Source of the DNA: a virus
Lineage: Duplodnaviria; Heunggongvirae; Uroviricota; Caudoviricetes
DNA: 18,974 nt
Virus record (IMG/VR): IMGVR_UViG_3300036876_000145
Span: 83,489-102,462 of that record
Strand: one strand, 5' to 3'
Both the position numbers and the translations under genes were made by a program. The notes beneath the pieces were generated by a model that saw only the letters and a list, made by a program, of their open reading frames with translations, was not told the DNA's origin and searched no databases. The first letter of the stretch is position 1, and the number at the start of each line of letters is the position of its first letter. Shown here one piece after another: positions 8,454 to 18,974 of this stretch.

Positions 8454-9023
8454 ATGATTGATCCGTATGATTTGACTAAGCCTTGGGATCAACGCCGTCT
8501 TCAGGAATGGTTCTTATTCGGGATTTGTGTAGCTGGGAAGGGTGCAGGTCAAACCGCTAGGAAAATTGAAGCTTTACTGGACGACATGCGAATTAAGACT
8601 CGTACTGAATTATTCCCCCCATTCGTTCTTGTGAGTCGATCTATTAAAAGCGGAAAACTGGGATACTTTCTACGTAAGCACAAATTAGGTCAATACAAAC
8701 GAATCAATAAAGCGATGCGCGGCATGATCAAAATTGATCCCCAGACTGTTACATTGGAAGAACTTGAGCAGATCCCTGGATTAGGACCGAAGACAGCGCG
8801 TATGCTGTTACTATATACTCGTCCCGACCAGGAAATGATTCCATTGGATACTCATATCTTGCGCTGGCTTCGAAATAATGGGTATAACGCCCCTAAAACT
8901 ACTCCACCAGCGGGAAAGAAATATAGAGAATTGGAGTTGGCTTTTATCGCTGAAGGCAAAAAACGCGGATTATCCCCAAAAGATTGGGATACATTAGTTT
9001 GGCAGCAAGGCGCTAGTAAGTAA
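8454..9023 (+). CDS. HhH-GPD superfamily DNA glycosylase-like protein (EndoIII/AGOG-like)
   Basis: A helix-hairpin-helix LEQIPGLGPKTARMLLLY is followed by PLDTHILRWL, an EndoIII-type catalytic Asp context. AGGTGA SD. Confidence 0.85.
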   Translation: MIDPYDLTKPWDQRRLQEWFLFGICVAGKGAGQTARKIEALLDDMRIKTRTELFPPFVLVSRSIKSGKLGYFLRKHKLGQYKRINKAMRGMIKIDPQTVTLEELEQIPGLGPKTARMLLLYTRPDQEMIPLDTHILRWLRNNGYNAPKTTPPAGKKYRELELAFIAEGKKRGLSPKDWDTLVWQQGASK

Positions 9024-9078
9024 TAGAATCAACAACTTCAGACTTTTTAACTTTAGGTTTCTTGAGTAGGAGAAACCT

Positions 9079-9762
9079 ATGTTCAATTACATCCCTACTT
9101 CCAGGTTAGCTGCCTCATCCGTTTCTCCCCTAAAAACAGCCCCCCGATTTAGAAGTGACCTATTACTCCCAAAAAATAAAAATTGGGCTCAAAGTGTAAA
9201 TTATCTTCGTGATTTTTATACAGATATTCAATTACTCTGGGGTGTTCATGAATCTGAGTCCAACGATCCTTACGACCCAGAGAAAGATAGACAAATTTTT
9301 AAAAAACTAGAGCCTATGCTCCACGAATTGATTCTTGGGATGGATGGAGTATCCAAAGAGCGTACTCAGCGTATGGATATTGCTAAGGCTATTCAAACGG
9401 CTATTTACGATTTCGAAACAGCAACTACTTATGCTCAAACTACAGATTATGCGATGGCGTTAGTATATTTTAATTATGCTTTGGATAGAATTCATTACCA
9501 ACTTGACAGTTTGACAATTGAAGCAAATAAAGAAAACAGTAGTAGGAAGTTGGGTTACGGGTATGACACATCAGGAAATATTGGGGAACAAGGTGGAACT
9601 AGCGGAAACGATAGACATCAATGGGATACCGGGAATTCACCAAAACTCGATAGAACCCCAATGAATCCAGCTAATATGGGAGATTTTGAAGCAGAAAATG
9701 ACTACCCTGAACTTGCAAAATTTAAACATAAAAGAGTATTTTGGCCGCCGCGTACACGATAA
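9079..9762 (+). CDS. hypothetical protein, 227 aa
   Basis: A complete ORF with an AGGAGA SD and a TAA stop, immediately upstream of the tail-fibre genes. No family recognised. Confidence 0.75.
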   Translation: MFNYIPTSRLAASSVSPLKTAPRFRSDLLLPKNKNWAQSVNYLRDFYTDIQLLWGVHESESNDPYDPEKDRQIFKKLEPMLHELILGMDGVSKERTQRMDIAKAIQTAIYDFETATTYAQTTDYAMALVYFNYALDRIHYQLDSLTIEANKENSSRKLGYGYDTSGNIGEQGGTSGNDRHQWDTGNSPKLDRTPMNPANMGDFEAENDYPELAKFKHKRVFWPPRTR

Positions 9763-9770
9763 GGATAAAT

Positions 9771-12347
9771 ATGTCATCGCCAACTAAAGTAGTTATATTC
9801 AATCCCACATCCACTCTTTTTGATATTGTAAATGGAGTTGATGGCGTTATTGTTCCTTCCAGTGGCGCTGCTTCGGCTGGTATTCCTGTAGTACTGAATC
9901 CTAATGGTGTTATTGATCCTAGTCTTACAAGCAGTGGTGTATCCGCATTGGTTAACTCATTTACTGGATTATCTAGTGGTAATTTGGTGACTTTGTACAT
10001 AAGTGGTGGTGTGTTAGTTATGCAGCCATCTACTGCATCTCCCACTGGACACGGAGTAAATGCTCCTGAACCTCCCAACGGCTGGTATTCTCCCGCGTTA
10101 GGGTTTGTTGATGCCTCTTACAATTATGGGGTAACCGGCACTGTATATTTTTCAGGTAGTTTTAAGTACACAGACACAATCGGGGAGTTTACGGCTAATA
10201 GTGTAGGCGATGTTGTATGGCTAGCGGATTCCGGAGACGGCTTGCACAGCCCAGGCGCTATCACACTCACAACCCCAGCAAGTCAATCATCACCACCATA
10301 CTCACCTTTAAGACAGTCTGTGGGACTGGTCACTAACTATGTGGGTGGAGTAGTAACCGTAAGTTTTAACCCATCGTTTCCAAATTCTGGCATAGGAACT
10401 GTTACAAGTGTAGGTTTAGCTGTACCTTCATGGCTGACTATAAGCAGTGCTAGTAATCCAATTATTTATAATGGCACTTTTACCATCGCTTCGGCACTTG
10501 GATTAGCAGCGAATCAAGTACTCGCAACACCTATCTCTGGCACTGGCATTTTGAGTCCTAGATTATTGGTAGCTAAAGATATTCCAGGTGTTTCAGGAGT
10601 AACTGTAAGCAGCACACCTCCAACTACAAATCAAATTCTCGTAGCTACCAGTGGAACTACCGCTACATGGCAAACTTTTTCAACAGGCTCGGGCACTGTA
10701 AACTCTGGAACTGGGGGACAACTTGCTTTTTATTCCGCTACTGGAACTACAGTATCAGGTAACGCCAATGTTACAGCATCTGTTGGTACTCTTACTTTGG
10801 GGGTGCCCGGATCGGTTGTAGGGTCGATAATATTAGGTCAGTCAAATGCTTTCACAACCATTATAACCGGTGCGGCAACATCTAATTGGACTATGACCTT
10901 GCCTCCGACGGCCGGAACATCAGGGCAACAATTACAAACTAATGGATCGGGTGTAACCACTTGGGTGACACCATCTACCACACAAAACGCACAAACTGGA
11001 ACTTCGTATTTATTCGCAAATTCCGATAACGGCAAATATATATCTTTTAAAAATACATCCGCTGTAACCGTTACTATCCCACAAGCCGGAGCGTCAAGTC
11101 AATTTTTAAGTGGGTGGTATTGCTTCATGCAAAATTTAGGTATAGGACAAGTAACAGTTGTTCCAACTATATCTACTATCAATACTTTTCCCAATATAAT
11201 TTTAGGTACATTCCAATCAGCTATGATTGTATCTGACGGAACCAATTATGAATGTACATTTACGAAAATAGTAAGTACAGATTATTATAATTCTATTAGT
11301 GCGTACCTGCAAAATGATGCCTCTGTTACTGAAGCTCAAAACCAAATCGTAATGCAGGATTTTTCAGTCGGGGGAAACAACCTAAAACGAAAAGGTTTGA
11401 ATATATTTTTAGAAACGAATGCTCAAATGGCAGCAACAAATTATGATGGGTTGCAGGTTAATGTGGGGGCTACGATTGCTTCCAATACTTCCGCATCCGC
11501 GGGACCTGTGGAAGCTGCTGAATTTTCAATATTTGCCTCTGGTTCTGCTGTTACATTACCCCAAATTAATGGTGTAAAAATTCGCACTAATGTACAAGCA
11601 AGTACGGCAGTCCAGAATGTAGTAGGGCTGAATTTTTACTTACCTGAAGTGTTTGGAACAGTAACAAATTATATCGGAATCTATATGGATTCCCCAACTG
11701 GCGGTGGGGTTATAGGCACATCTATAGGCGTAACAGCAGGATTAACACTTAATAATTTAAGTGCAGTTACAAATGAAATTGGATTGATTGCTTATGGAGC
11801 ATCGACCCCATCCACTTATGGGTACGGGATTTTGTCCACCGGTAAAACAGCCGGTATAGTTGCGAATGATCAAACAGTGGTGGGAAGTTTTATCGGACAC
11901 GGCGGAACATTTTCTTCTTACCCTATTGTTTTGCATGATGGTTGGTATGGAGGTACGGGAAGTCCTGAGGGGTCTCTTACCGCAGCTGTGGGATCAATGT
12001 TCTCTCGACAGGATAGCACCATTGGAGATTCTTTTTATGTAAAAACTTCAGGATCAGGAAATACTGGTTGGTCTCCAAGTTCAACTGTGGGACCCATTAA
12101 AACTGTGCTATCGACTTATTCTGTCACGAATTCTGATTCTACCATTAACTGTACAGGAACTTTTACAGTTACTTTACCTATTACAGGTATCGCGGTAGGA
12201 AAGAAATTTCGTGTTAAAAATATAGGGGTAGGTACAATCACAATTTCTTCAACTGCTAACATAGATTTTACAACATCTATATCTTTAACTATACAAGGTC
12301 AGGGTATAGAAGTGCAATGGGATGGCACACAGTATTGGTTGTACTAA
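9771..12347 (+). CDS. tail fibre protein (858 aa from ATG 9771; ORF open from 9741)
   Basis: The composition is G/T/S/A/V/N-rich and beta-rich. Fibre motifs include GTVTSVGLAVPSWL...NQVLATP..G....PR.L...DIP and GQQLQTNGSGVTTW. ATG 9771 follows the upstream stop and a TAAGGA SD. Confidence 0.9.
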   Translation: MSSPTKVVIFNPTSTLFDIVNGVDGVIVPSSGAASAGIPVVLNPNGVIDPSLTSSGVSALVNSFTGLSSGNLVTLYISGGVLVMQPSTASPTGHGVNAPEPPNGWYSPALGFVDASYNYGVTGTVYFSGSFKYTDTIGEFTANSVGDVVWLADSGDGLHSPGAITLTTPASQSSPPYSPLRQSVGLVTNYVGGVVTVSFNPSFPNSGIGTVTSVGLAVPSWLTISSASNPIIYNGTFTIASALGLAANQVLATPISGTGILSPRLLVAKDIPGVSGVTVSSTPPTTNQILVATSGTTATWQTFSTGSGTVNSGTGGQLAFYSATGTTVSGNANVTASVGTLTLGVPGSVVGSIILGQSNAFTTIITGAATSNWTMTLPPTAGTSGQQLQTNGSGVTTWVTPSTTQNAQTGTSYLFANSDNGKYISFKNTSAVTVTIPQAGASSQFLSGWYCFMQNLGIGQVTVVPTISTINTFPNIILGTFQSAMIVSDGTNYECTFTKIVSTDYYNSISAYLQNDASVTEAQNQIVMQDFSVGGNNLKRKGLNIFLETNAQMAATNYDGLQVNVGATIASNTSASAGPVEAAEFSIFASGSAVTLPQINGVKIRTNVQASTAVQNVVGLNFYLPEVFGTVTNYIGIYMDSPTGGGVIGTSIGVTAGLTLNNLSAVTNEIGLIAYGASTPSTYGYGILSTGKTAGIVANDQTVVGSFIGHGGTFSSYPIVLHDGWYGGTGSPEGSLTAAVGSMFSRQDSTIGDSFYVKTSGSGNTGWSPSSTVGPIKTVLSTYSVTNSDSTINCTGTFTVTLPITGIAVGKKFRVKNIGVGTITISSTANIDFTTSISLTIQGQGIEVQWDGTQYWLY

Positions 12348-12356
12348 GGAAAATAA

Positions 12357-15300
12357 ATGTCTTTTAATTATCCACAAGCTCAAAACGCATTATCACTACA
12401 AGGAAATACTGTAGCTTCTACCACCCCAACTGCGGGGCAAGTACTGGTTTGGAATGGAAGCCAGTGGCAACCCGGAGCAGGAGCATCGGGGGCTAATTAT
12501 AATGTTGTTTATTCCAGTGATTACAACTGGAGTTTGAATTATCAAGCAGGGTGGGGGGCTCTTACGGCTGGTGTGCCAGCTACTTTAACTTTAGCAACCT
12601 GCCCTGTAGGAGTTGACACAAGCGCATCTACTATTTTAGGTGGCCCACAAGGGGCCTATTCGATTTATATCTCCGGATCAGACGGAATAGCGGAGGTTGT
12701 TAAAATTACAGGAGGTACTTGTACTCCTGGTATGACAAATGGGACAATACAATTTATTCCAGCTAATAATCATACTGTATCTGGCGGTAGTCCTCCAACT
12801 GGTTATACTTTAAGTTCAGCAACCGCTGGAATCCAAGAAGCAATCAATACAGCTTGCGGTACAAGTCAAACTTACTACGATAACTCTAACTGTAAAGTGG
12901 TTATTCCTCCATCAGGGGAATTGAGTGGAATGAATGGATACAATATTTATGACACAATCTACTTCCATTCAAATCAAAGTATCCTCAGTGGGTATGGAGC
13001 AACATTAAATCATTATGGAAGAGGCCCATGCCTACAGTTAGGAAATCTACTCAGTTCGAACGATTATGTGAGCAATAGAATAGAAGGTATGATGTTTCGG
13101 GCTCCTGTTTACCAGACAGCAACTGGAACTCTTAACACAAATGGCACAGCTGTGGTAACAGCTGCCGGAATCAGTAAATTCGGCACAAACTGGGCGTCTG
13201 GGTCTAACATATTAATTAATGGAACTGCCTACACGATCGCATTTGTCAACAGCAACACTCAAATAACATTGACAACCACAATTTTAACAGCATCAGGTTT
13301 ATCTTATGCTTATCAAGCGTACTCTGGGTCTTTAATTACAAGCACTCAAAGAACGAACGGGGTTACTACAATTACCACCAGCGAACCCCACGGGTTTGTA
13401 ACTGGGGATCGCGTAACTCAAATGCTGACCGATAATTCAGCTTTTTGGGGGGATGTTCCTTACATAACAGTTACTAGTCCAACTACCTATACATATGGAC
13501 GCTGGCTAAATGGGAATTCCGCAAGTAATATTACTGCAACTTCTATCACATCGAATGTCCTTACGATAATGGCGAATAATAGCTTTACTGTAGGGGAAAA
13601 TGTTCTTTTAGCGGGGACATCTGAAAGTTATCTTAACAATAAAGTAGTGACAGTCGCAAGTTTATTGGGGGCTAGCGGTTCTCCCCCAACATATACAGGA
13701 TTTACAGCGAACTTCACCGCAACTAACTATTCTAACCCATCAGAGCCGTCTACCGCTGAAGCTTACCCACCAGTAGGTAATATCGCTCTTCAAACCACAC
13801 CGGGGGTGGTTGCTCTTACTTATGTAGCGATATTAGATAACGCTGGAGGCAGTCAATTAGTGGATATTAGTTCTGCAAATGCTTATCAAGAATATTATTT
13901 CAATCATTTTTTTGACCTTTGGGATGACGAGTGCTGTACAATAAAGTCTTTCAATAATAACGCTGGATCCTTACAAAATAATGTAAACTGGACAGGATCT
14001 TTTATATGGTCTGGGGGAGCCTCCGGTTTACCTTTAGCTGCCAATCAACTAGCCCCTGTCATTACCCTTAAAGATTCTAATATTACGGCCAATTGCTCGA
14101 ATGGTGTTACAGTCTATAACTCCAACGGAGTTTATATTCATGATACAGTTCTGCAAGCAACCGGACCTTGGCAGGTGTATACGTCTAATGCCACAGGTAA
14201 CTATCAAGGGGCCCACTTGGAAAATTTGTATTCTGAATCTTCCGCTAGCTCCAATCCAGCCTCCCCTGTTCGTAGCCCCTATGCAGGCTGTGGTATTGCA
14301 GGAGCAATTTTTGGGCCAAGCACGGGAGCGGCTTCTTTTAGAATTAAAGGAACGGGGGTTGAAGGGCAACTTCCAACTGTAGGTGCAGGTGCAACATCCT
14401 ATCTCTATTATGTAGTAATTAATGATACAACAACGGGCACATCATCTGCCCCTCTGCCTGTAATGATTGCGAATTCCAACGGAGGGGCAGTTACAGTTTC
14501 TTGGCCACGAGTATCAAATGGAACAGATTCTATTACATATGATGTATTGCGTGTTTCTCCGAATACATTAGGAAGTATATCAAATATCGGTCCTTACACT
14601 GGAGGTTGTCCTGGTGGGGTTACACAATCACCCCCTAGTGTTAGCACAATGGGAAGTGTAGTGACTGGGCAAGCTCAACAATCTGGCTTTATTCAGACTT
14701 TTGTGGATAATACTACAGTTCCCACATCAAATTATCCTACAGTGCCGATCGGGAGTTATCAAGGTAATATTTTGTTCTGGCCTGGACAAGCGATTACTGT
14801 AGGAATAACCCCTATTATCAGCGACAATATTGTTAATGTTTATAGTACAGGGGCGTGTGGAAGTCCGACAAATATTTGTTTATATCCAGGACACGGAAGT
14901 GGTGCGGCACCAGCTATATCGGCATCTACCGCTACTAGTTTCGCTTTAAACGATTTATATGAACAACAAGCTCTTATTTTAAATGATGGCTGGTATCAAG
15001 GACCACAAACAGCAAATCTTAAAGGACGTTTGCAATTTGCCTCATCTGGGTTAGCTTTCCCGGGAGAGGTTAATAACGGACATATTATTACTTTAGTGGA
15101 TTCTGATCCTCAATTGACCAGGGCTTACGCATTAAATCGTCCACCCAATTCATCTTCTGATTGTTTCATTGGAATTGACGGTATTGGTCCATATTACGCT
15201 AATGTAGCTCCAATTGCTATAGGCTCTCCAGTTTCTATTAGTCATTATATAGCAAACATTGGTGACGGTACGAATTGGAAAGAACGATTAACATCATCAG

Positions 15301-16226
15301 TTAAACAGTTCAAAGTTCCTGTACAACTAGAGTCAGTAACATTTGCTACTTTACCATCATCCCCAGCGAATGGCATGGAAGTATATTGTTCTGATTGTAC
15401 TTTTGGATCAAACCCCTGTACAGGTAGTGGCACAGGATCTTTTGCATATCGAGTTAATGGCGCGTGGGTTTGTAGCGATTCGAGTGGGTCCGGTGGAGTA
15501 AACGCCACTAATTCACCATCACAATATGCTGTAACTACTTGGGTAAACAGCACTACTATTGAAGGCATTGCGCCATCTTCTACAAGTGGGTATCCTTTAT
15601 TATCTAATGGTTCATCTGCGTATGCTTCTTTTGGGCAACTCTCAGTCGGAGCAATTAGTGCCACGGGCACACCGTCTTCCACCACTTATTTGAGGGGAGA
15701 TGGTAGCTGGGCTACTGTATCTGGTAGTGGGACAGTTACTTCTGTAGCGATGACCGTACCAGCCTGGTTATCCGTGAGCGGGTCTCCTATAACCGGCACT
15801 GGTACGCTTGCCATCACTTCAGCGGGGAGTTTGACCCAAAACTGGGTCTTAGCTACTCCTAATGGCAGCAGCGGTGTATTAGCTCCTCGTGCCTTGGTAG
15901 CGGCGGACATTCCAACTTTAGGAGTAAGTACCGTTAGTTTTTCAGCAACGCCAATTTTCAACGCTACTGGTTATAGCGGATTCAAAATAACTCTGACCGG
16001 TAATGTTACCAGCTCCACATTCACAAATGGGACGGCAGGAAGTCTTTACACTTTTGAGATCACGCAGGACGGAACAGGTGGTCGGACATTTGTCTGGCCC
16101 GCTAATTTTAAAGGCGGCGCAAGTGTGACAGATCAGGCCGCAGGATCCAACGAGACAATAGCACAGTTATTTTATTTTGACGGCAGCAATGCACTTGCTG
16201 TTGGTCCAGGAATGGTGACCCCATAA
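12357..16226 (+). CDS. large tail fibre / tailspike-like protein, 1289 aa
   Basis: The N-terminus [15 protein letters not shown] is typical of fibres. The C-terminal module [30 protein letters not shown]...[25 protein letters not shown] is shared with the upstream gene. AAGGAAA SD. Confidence 0.92.
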   Translation: MSFNYPQAQNALSLQGNTVASTTPTAGQVLVWNGSQWQPGAGASGANYNVVYSSDYNWSLNYQAGWGALTAGVPATLTLATCPVGVDTSASTILGGPQGAYSIYISGSDGIAEVVKITGGTCTPGMTNGTIQFIPANNHTVSGGSPPTGYTLSSATAGIQEAINTACGTSQTYYDNSNCKVVIPPSGELSGMNGYNIYDTIYFHSNQSILSGYGATLNHYGRGPCLQLGNLLSSNDYVSNRIEGMMFRAPVYQTATGTLNTNGTAVVTAAGISKFGTNWASGSNILINGTAYTIAFVNSNTQITLTTTILTASGLSYAYQAYSGSLITSTQRTNGVTTITTSEPHGFVTGDRVTQMLTDNSAFWGDVPYITVTSPTTYTYGRWLNGNSASNITATSITSNVLTIMANNSFTVGENVLLAGTSESYLNNKVVTVASLLGASGSPPTYTGFTANFTATNYSNPSEPSTAEAYPPVGNIALQTTPGVVALTYVAILDNAGGSQLVDISSANAYQEYYFNHFFDLWDDECCTIKSFNNNAGSLQNNVNWTGSFIWSGGASGLPLAANQLAPVITLKDSNITANCSNGVTVYNSNGVYIHDTVLQATGPWQVYTSNATGNYQGAHLENLYSESSASSNPASPVRSPYAGCGIAGAIFGPSTGAASFRIKGTGVEGQLPTVGAGATSYLYYVVINDTTTGTSSAPLPVMIANSNGGAVTVSWPRVSNGTDSITYDVLRVSPNTLGSISNIGPYTGGCPGGVTQSPPSVSTMGSVVTGQAQQSGFIQTFVDNTTVPTSNYPTVPIGSYQGNILFWPGQAITVGITPIISDNIVNVYSTGACGSPTNICLYPGHGSGAAPAISASTATSFALNDLYEQQALILNDGWYQGPQTANLKGRLQFASSGLAFPGEVNNGHIITLVDSDPQLTRAYALNRPPNSSSDCFIGIDGIGPYYANVAPIAIGSPVSISHYIANIGDGTNWKERLTSSVKQFKVPVQLESVTFATLPSSPANGMEVYCSDCTFGSNPCTGSGTGSFAYRVNGAWVCSDSSGSGGVNATNSPSQYAVTTWVNSTTIEGIAPSSTSGYPLLSNGSSAYASFGQLSVGAISATGTPSSTTYLRGDGSWATVSGSGTVTSVAMTVPAWLSVSGSPITGTGTLAITSAGSLTQNWVLATPNGSSGVLAPRALVAADIPTLGVSTVSFSATPIFNATGYSGFKITLTGNVTSSTFTNGTAGSLYTFEITQDGTGGRTFVWPANFKGGASVTDQAAGSNETIAQLFYFDGSNALAVGPGMVTP

Positions 16227-18974
16227 TGTCAATTCGCATTTACTTTCTCGCTTTAATTATTGCACTAACATCTTTGGCTGGTGCGCAAAATATTACCGGT
16301 AACAGTTTGACACTCTCGCCTACTTTGACCGTAGGTACACTTCCATCAGCAGCAACCAATAAGGGGCGCACGTTTTCTATCAGTGACGGATTAAATTCTA
16401 CCGACTGTACTGTTGGCGGAGGAACTAACCATGTATGGTGCTGGTCAAATGGAACTATCTACGCAGTGCCGTTTGGGTCGGCAGCAGGGGGCGTCACTTC
16501 CATTAATACCGTAGCCGGGGCGTTTACATTCAGCGGACCTGGGGTAACTTGTACAAGCACGGCTTGCACATTTTCCGGTACAGGAGTATCTTCTGTTTCG
16601 AACAGCGATGGAACTCTGACGATATCTCCCAACACAGGAGCAGTCGCAGTTTCGCTTGCTTTAAGTCATGCTAACACATGGACAAATCAGACGATTGACG
16701 GGGTGACCCCAACCACTTTTGGCTTCGTCGATCCCACGTCTAGTATTCAGACGCAGTTGAATGCCAAGGCTAACTCCAGCGTGACTACTCTTTCTTCGTT
16801 GATTGCGGCTGCTGGGGGTACGTTTGGGACGTGTGCGTTTGTGAATACTTGTGGTTCGGGAGGAACGTATAGCGCGGTTACTTCTCCGATTACGGCATCT
16901 AGCAGCACGCTCCAGTTTTCCGCGTCTCTGCTGAACTACGGTGGCAACGGAAATGGGACTTCAGACAACTCCACGGCCATGACTTCAGCGTGCGCCGCGA
17001 ACTCAGAAGTCTGGTTGCCTGCTGGGGCGTATGCGTTCACATCGAACTATGCCGTGTCGTGCGGGCTTCACTTCGGCGCTGGGGCAACGCTTGTAGCCCC
17101 GACTGGAGTAACGGTTACAGTCAATGGCAAGATCGACGCTCCCACTGTGCCAATATTTACTGTAGCTGGAACCGGGAAGTTTCTTATCGGTCCAGGAACT
17201 CCTGTCGATTACGCGGAGTGGTTTGGAGCGAAGGGCGATAACTCAACCGACGATACAATTCCTATCACATCCTGCGCCAACAATTTTACCAAATCAGGGT
17301 TGTGCCAGCTTCTTGGGAAGTCCTATAAAACAACAAACGTCATCATTCTTAGCACCAGCTATACAGGGCTGATAGGAGTAGATTCGGGGCAGACACAAGG
17401 GCCACAGCCCACTGGTTCGGGATACTCCCAGATCAATAACAATAGCGCTACATCGGACATCATCGACATAAGCGGGAGTGGGATTTTGCCTTACGGTGTA
17501 ACGGTGAAAAACCTTACCTTGGCCAAATCCGTTGCAGCCACAAACGCAGGTGCGAATGGGCTATATCTGGGAACTGGGTTCTGGCATTTTGTTGATAACA
17601 TCAATATTTGGGACGCGCCCAATGGAGTGACTGTCGGTGCCTCTGCTACCGTGATAGTGACGAACGTCAACGTCAACTGGTCCTCTCTCTGTTGCTCAGT
17701 GCCCGTCGTAGGGTTCAACTTGAACGGACCTTCGAATGTCTTCTCTAATATCTTCGCAGAGAGGGAAGGTTCCAGTGCGAGTGCCACCGGTTTTGCAATG
17801 GCAGCGGGAGGTACCGGACTGAGCGACGTATGGGTGAATAACGCTCAGGCTGATTTCGTCGGGACAGGGTTCTTGATCGACGTAACTGCGTGTGTGGCCG
17901 CTGATCCTAGCAACGAATGTGCAACGGACATTCACATTACCAATCCTATTATCAATGTGAGCAATACAGGGTTTAGTTTTGTGAACTTGAACTCGGCCAC
18001 TGGTCCCCAAGGGCCGTCAGTCGATATCGTCGGGGGTTCGTTCCTGGAAAGCTCCGGTAACGCGTTTACCTTCACTAACTCCACCACAGGGTACAACATC
18101 GAGCACTTTAACAGTCAGGCAGGTGGTGTTAACACTTTCATCAATCGGACCATGCCGTCTGCGTTCTTCTCCATACCAGTATGTAGCGCGAGCTATGAAG
18201 GGTCGTATGAATCGTTTAATGATTCCGCGACGAATACACAAGGAGCAACGATCACGGGCAGCGGAACGAATCATGTGCTCGGGTACTGCAACGGAACGAA
18301 CTGGGTAGTAGCCTCGGGGAGCGGCAGTGGGAGCAGCGGACTATCTGGCATGACAGCTACACAGATCCCGATTGCTGCCTCATCCTCGACCGTAACTAGT
18401 TCCGTACCAGCACCCACAGGCACAATTGTAGGGACAACCGATACCCAAACTCTCACGAATAAGACATTGGACGGTGTATCCCCAACAACATTTGGATATG
18501 TTGACCCTACTTCCAGTATCCAGACGCAGTTGAACGCCAAGCAAGGGACGCTCACAGGCACCGGGTTGGCTCGCAACACCGGAGCATCCTCGGAACTGAG
18601 CGGCGACTGCGCCACCAGCGGATCAAACGCTATCGTCTGTACGAAGACGAACGGGACGGCTTTCGGCACTGGAGCTACGGCTACCATCGCCAACTACGCC
18701 CTGCTGACCGGAGCGACCTTCAGTGGTGCGATCTCCGCCGCCGGGATCACGAACTCATCCGTATCCAGCGCCGGTTGTGCGACGTTCAGTTCTGGTGGAG
18801 TTCTGACCAGCACAGGAACGGCTTGCGGTAGCGGATCTGGTGGCGATACGATCACATCACCCAACAGCACGCTTTCCGTGGGTGGAACTTCTGCGGCAAC
18901 AACGCTCGATCTCAACCTTGGCCACGCGAACACCTGGACGGCGACTCAGACTTTTCCGAATGGGTCGATCACGT
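16226..18974 (+). CDS. tailspike/depolymerase-like protein with pectate-lyase-type (right-handed beta-helix) motifs; 3' end beyond the window (at least 916 codons)
   Basis: Not in the ORF track because it has no stop in the window. I checked every TAA, TAG and TGA from 16226 to 18974 and none is in this frame. The ATG overlaps the upstream TAA (TAATG). Motifs include [18 protein letters not shown], a tailspike N-cap-like motif, and a repeated DGV(T/S)PTTFG(F/Y)[14 protein letters not shown]. Confidence 0.88.
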   Translation, partial: MSIRIYFLALIIALTSLAGAQNITGNSLTLSPTLTVGTLPSAATNKGRTFSISDGLNSTDCTVGGGTNHVWCWSNGTIYAVPFGSAAGGVTSINTVAGAFTFSGPGVTCTSTACTFSGTGVSSVSNSDGTLTISPNTGAVAVSLALSHANTWTNQTIDGVTPTTFGFVDPTSSIQTQLNAKANSSVTTLSSLIAAAGGTFGTCAFVNTCGSGGTYSAVTSPITASSSTLQFSASLLNYGGNGNGTSDNSTAMTSACAANSEVWLPAGAYAFTSNYAVSCGLHFGAGATLVAPTGVTVTVNGKIDAPTVPIFTVAGTGKFLIGPGTPVDYAEWFGAKGDNSTDDTIPITSCANNFTKSGLCQLLGKSYKTTNVIILSTSYTGLIGVDSGQTQGPQPTGSGYSQINNNSATSDIIDISGSGILPYGVTVKNLTLAKSVAATNAGANGLYLGTGFWHFVDNINIWDAPNGVTVGASATVIVTNVNVNWSSLCCSVPVVGFNLNGPSNVFSNIFAEREGSSASATGFAMAAGGTGLSDVWVNNAQADFVGTGFLIDVTACVAADPSNECATDIHITNPIINVSNTGFSFVNLNSATGPQGPSVDIVGGSFLESSGNAFTFTNSTTGYNIEHFNSQAGGVNTFINRTMPSAFFSIPVCSASYEGSYESFNDSATNTQGATITGSGTNHVLGYCNGTNWVVASGSGSGSSGLSGMTATQIPIAASSSTVTSSVPAPTGTIVGTTDTQTLTNKTLDGVSPTTFGYVDPTSSIQTQLNAKQGTLTGTGLARNTGASSELSGDCATSGSNAIVCTKTNGTAFGTGATATIANYALLTGATFSGAISAAGITNSSVSSAGCATFSSGGVLTSTGTACGSGSGGDTITSPNSTLSVGGTSAATTLDLNLGHANTWTATQTFPNGSIT

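Noticed and set aside
7979-8457. ORFs 7979-8362 (-), 8044-8229 (+) and 8242-8457 (+)
   Set aside because: They have Ser/Leu/Arg-rich shadow-frame composition and no SD. They conflict with the SD-led 8015-8170 and 8163-8438 frames.
9722-18933. Short ORFs nested in or antisense to the three fibre genes (9722-10078, 10838-11035, 11860-12042, 14049-14382, 15245-15961, 16990-17241, 17491-18933)
   Set aside because: They are shadow frames of very long, compositionally biased ORFs. The run of minus-strand ORFs at 17491-18933 is the expected antisense artefact of a GC-rich gene.
1-18974. Looked for CRISPR arrays, rRNA, integrase/att sites and an rnpA (C5 protein) gene
   Set aside because: No regularly spaced repeats with three or more copies were found, and no rRNA-like segments. 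No tyrosine or serine recombinase motifs appear in any ORF. No small basic ORF carries the RNR motif of RNase P protein.

Overview
The window looks like a phage or prophage segment with nearly all genes on the + strand and three compositional blocks. (1) 1-6450, about 50% GC: a small membrane ORF, then a ~500-nt ORF-free, helix-rich region behind a sigma70-like promoter. This is followed by a beta-class DPPY DNA methyltransferase with an inserted HTH, and a 3.8-kb tRNA array (2640-6448). The array holds about 16 canonical or near-canonical tRNAs, several tRNA-sized non-canonical RNAs, and free-standing GIY-YIG and HNH homing endonucleases. It also holds a DUF4031 gene and small Zn-ribbon and basic ORFs. 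Its most striking feature is a complete bacterial type-A RNase P RNA (4138-4519) that starts 2 nt after a tRNA-Cys. Every non-Cys tRNA decodes a GNN codon (Val, Ala, Asp, Glu, Gly). (2) 6450-16300, AT-rich: hypothetical genes, a metallophosphoesterase, a hairpin-bracketed TnpB-N-terminus-like relic, an HhH-GPD glycosylase-like gene and two giant tail-fibre genes (868 and 1289 aa). (3) 16300-end, GC-rich: a third giant ORF, open to the window edge and missing from the ORF track. It has a signal-peptide-like N-terminus, pectate-lyase/tailspike-type motifs and internal repeats. I cannot run tRNAscan, Infernal or BLAST, so RNA calls rest on manual folding and recalled consensus sequences.
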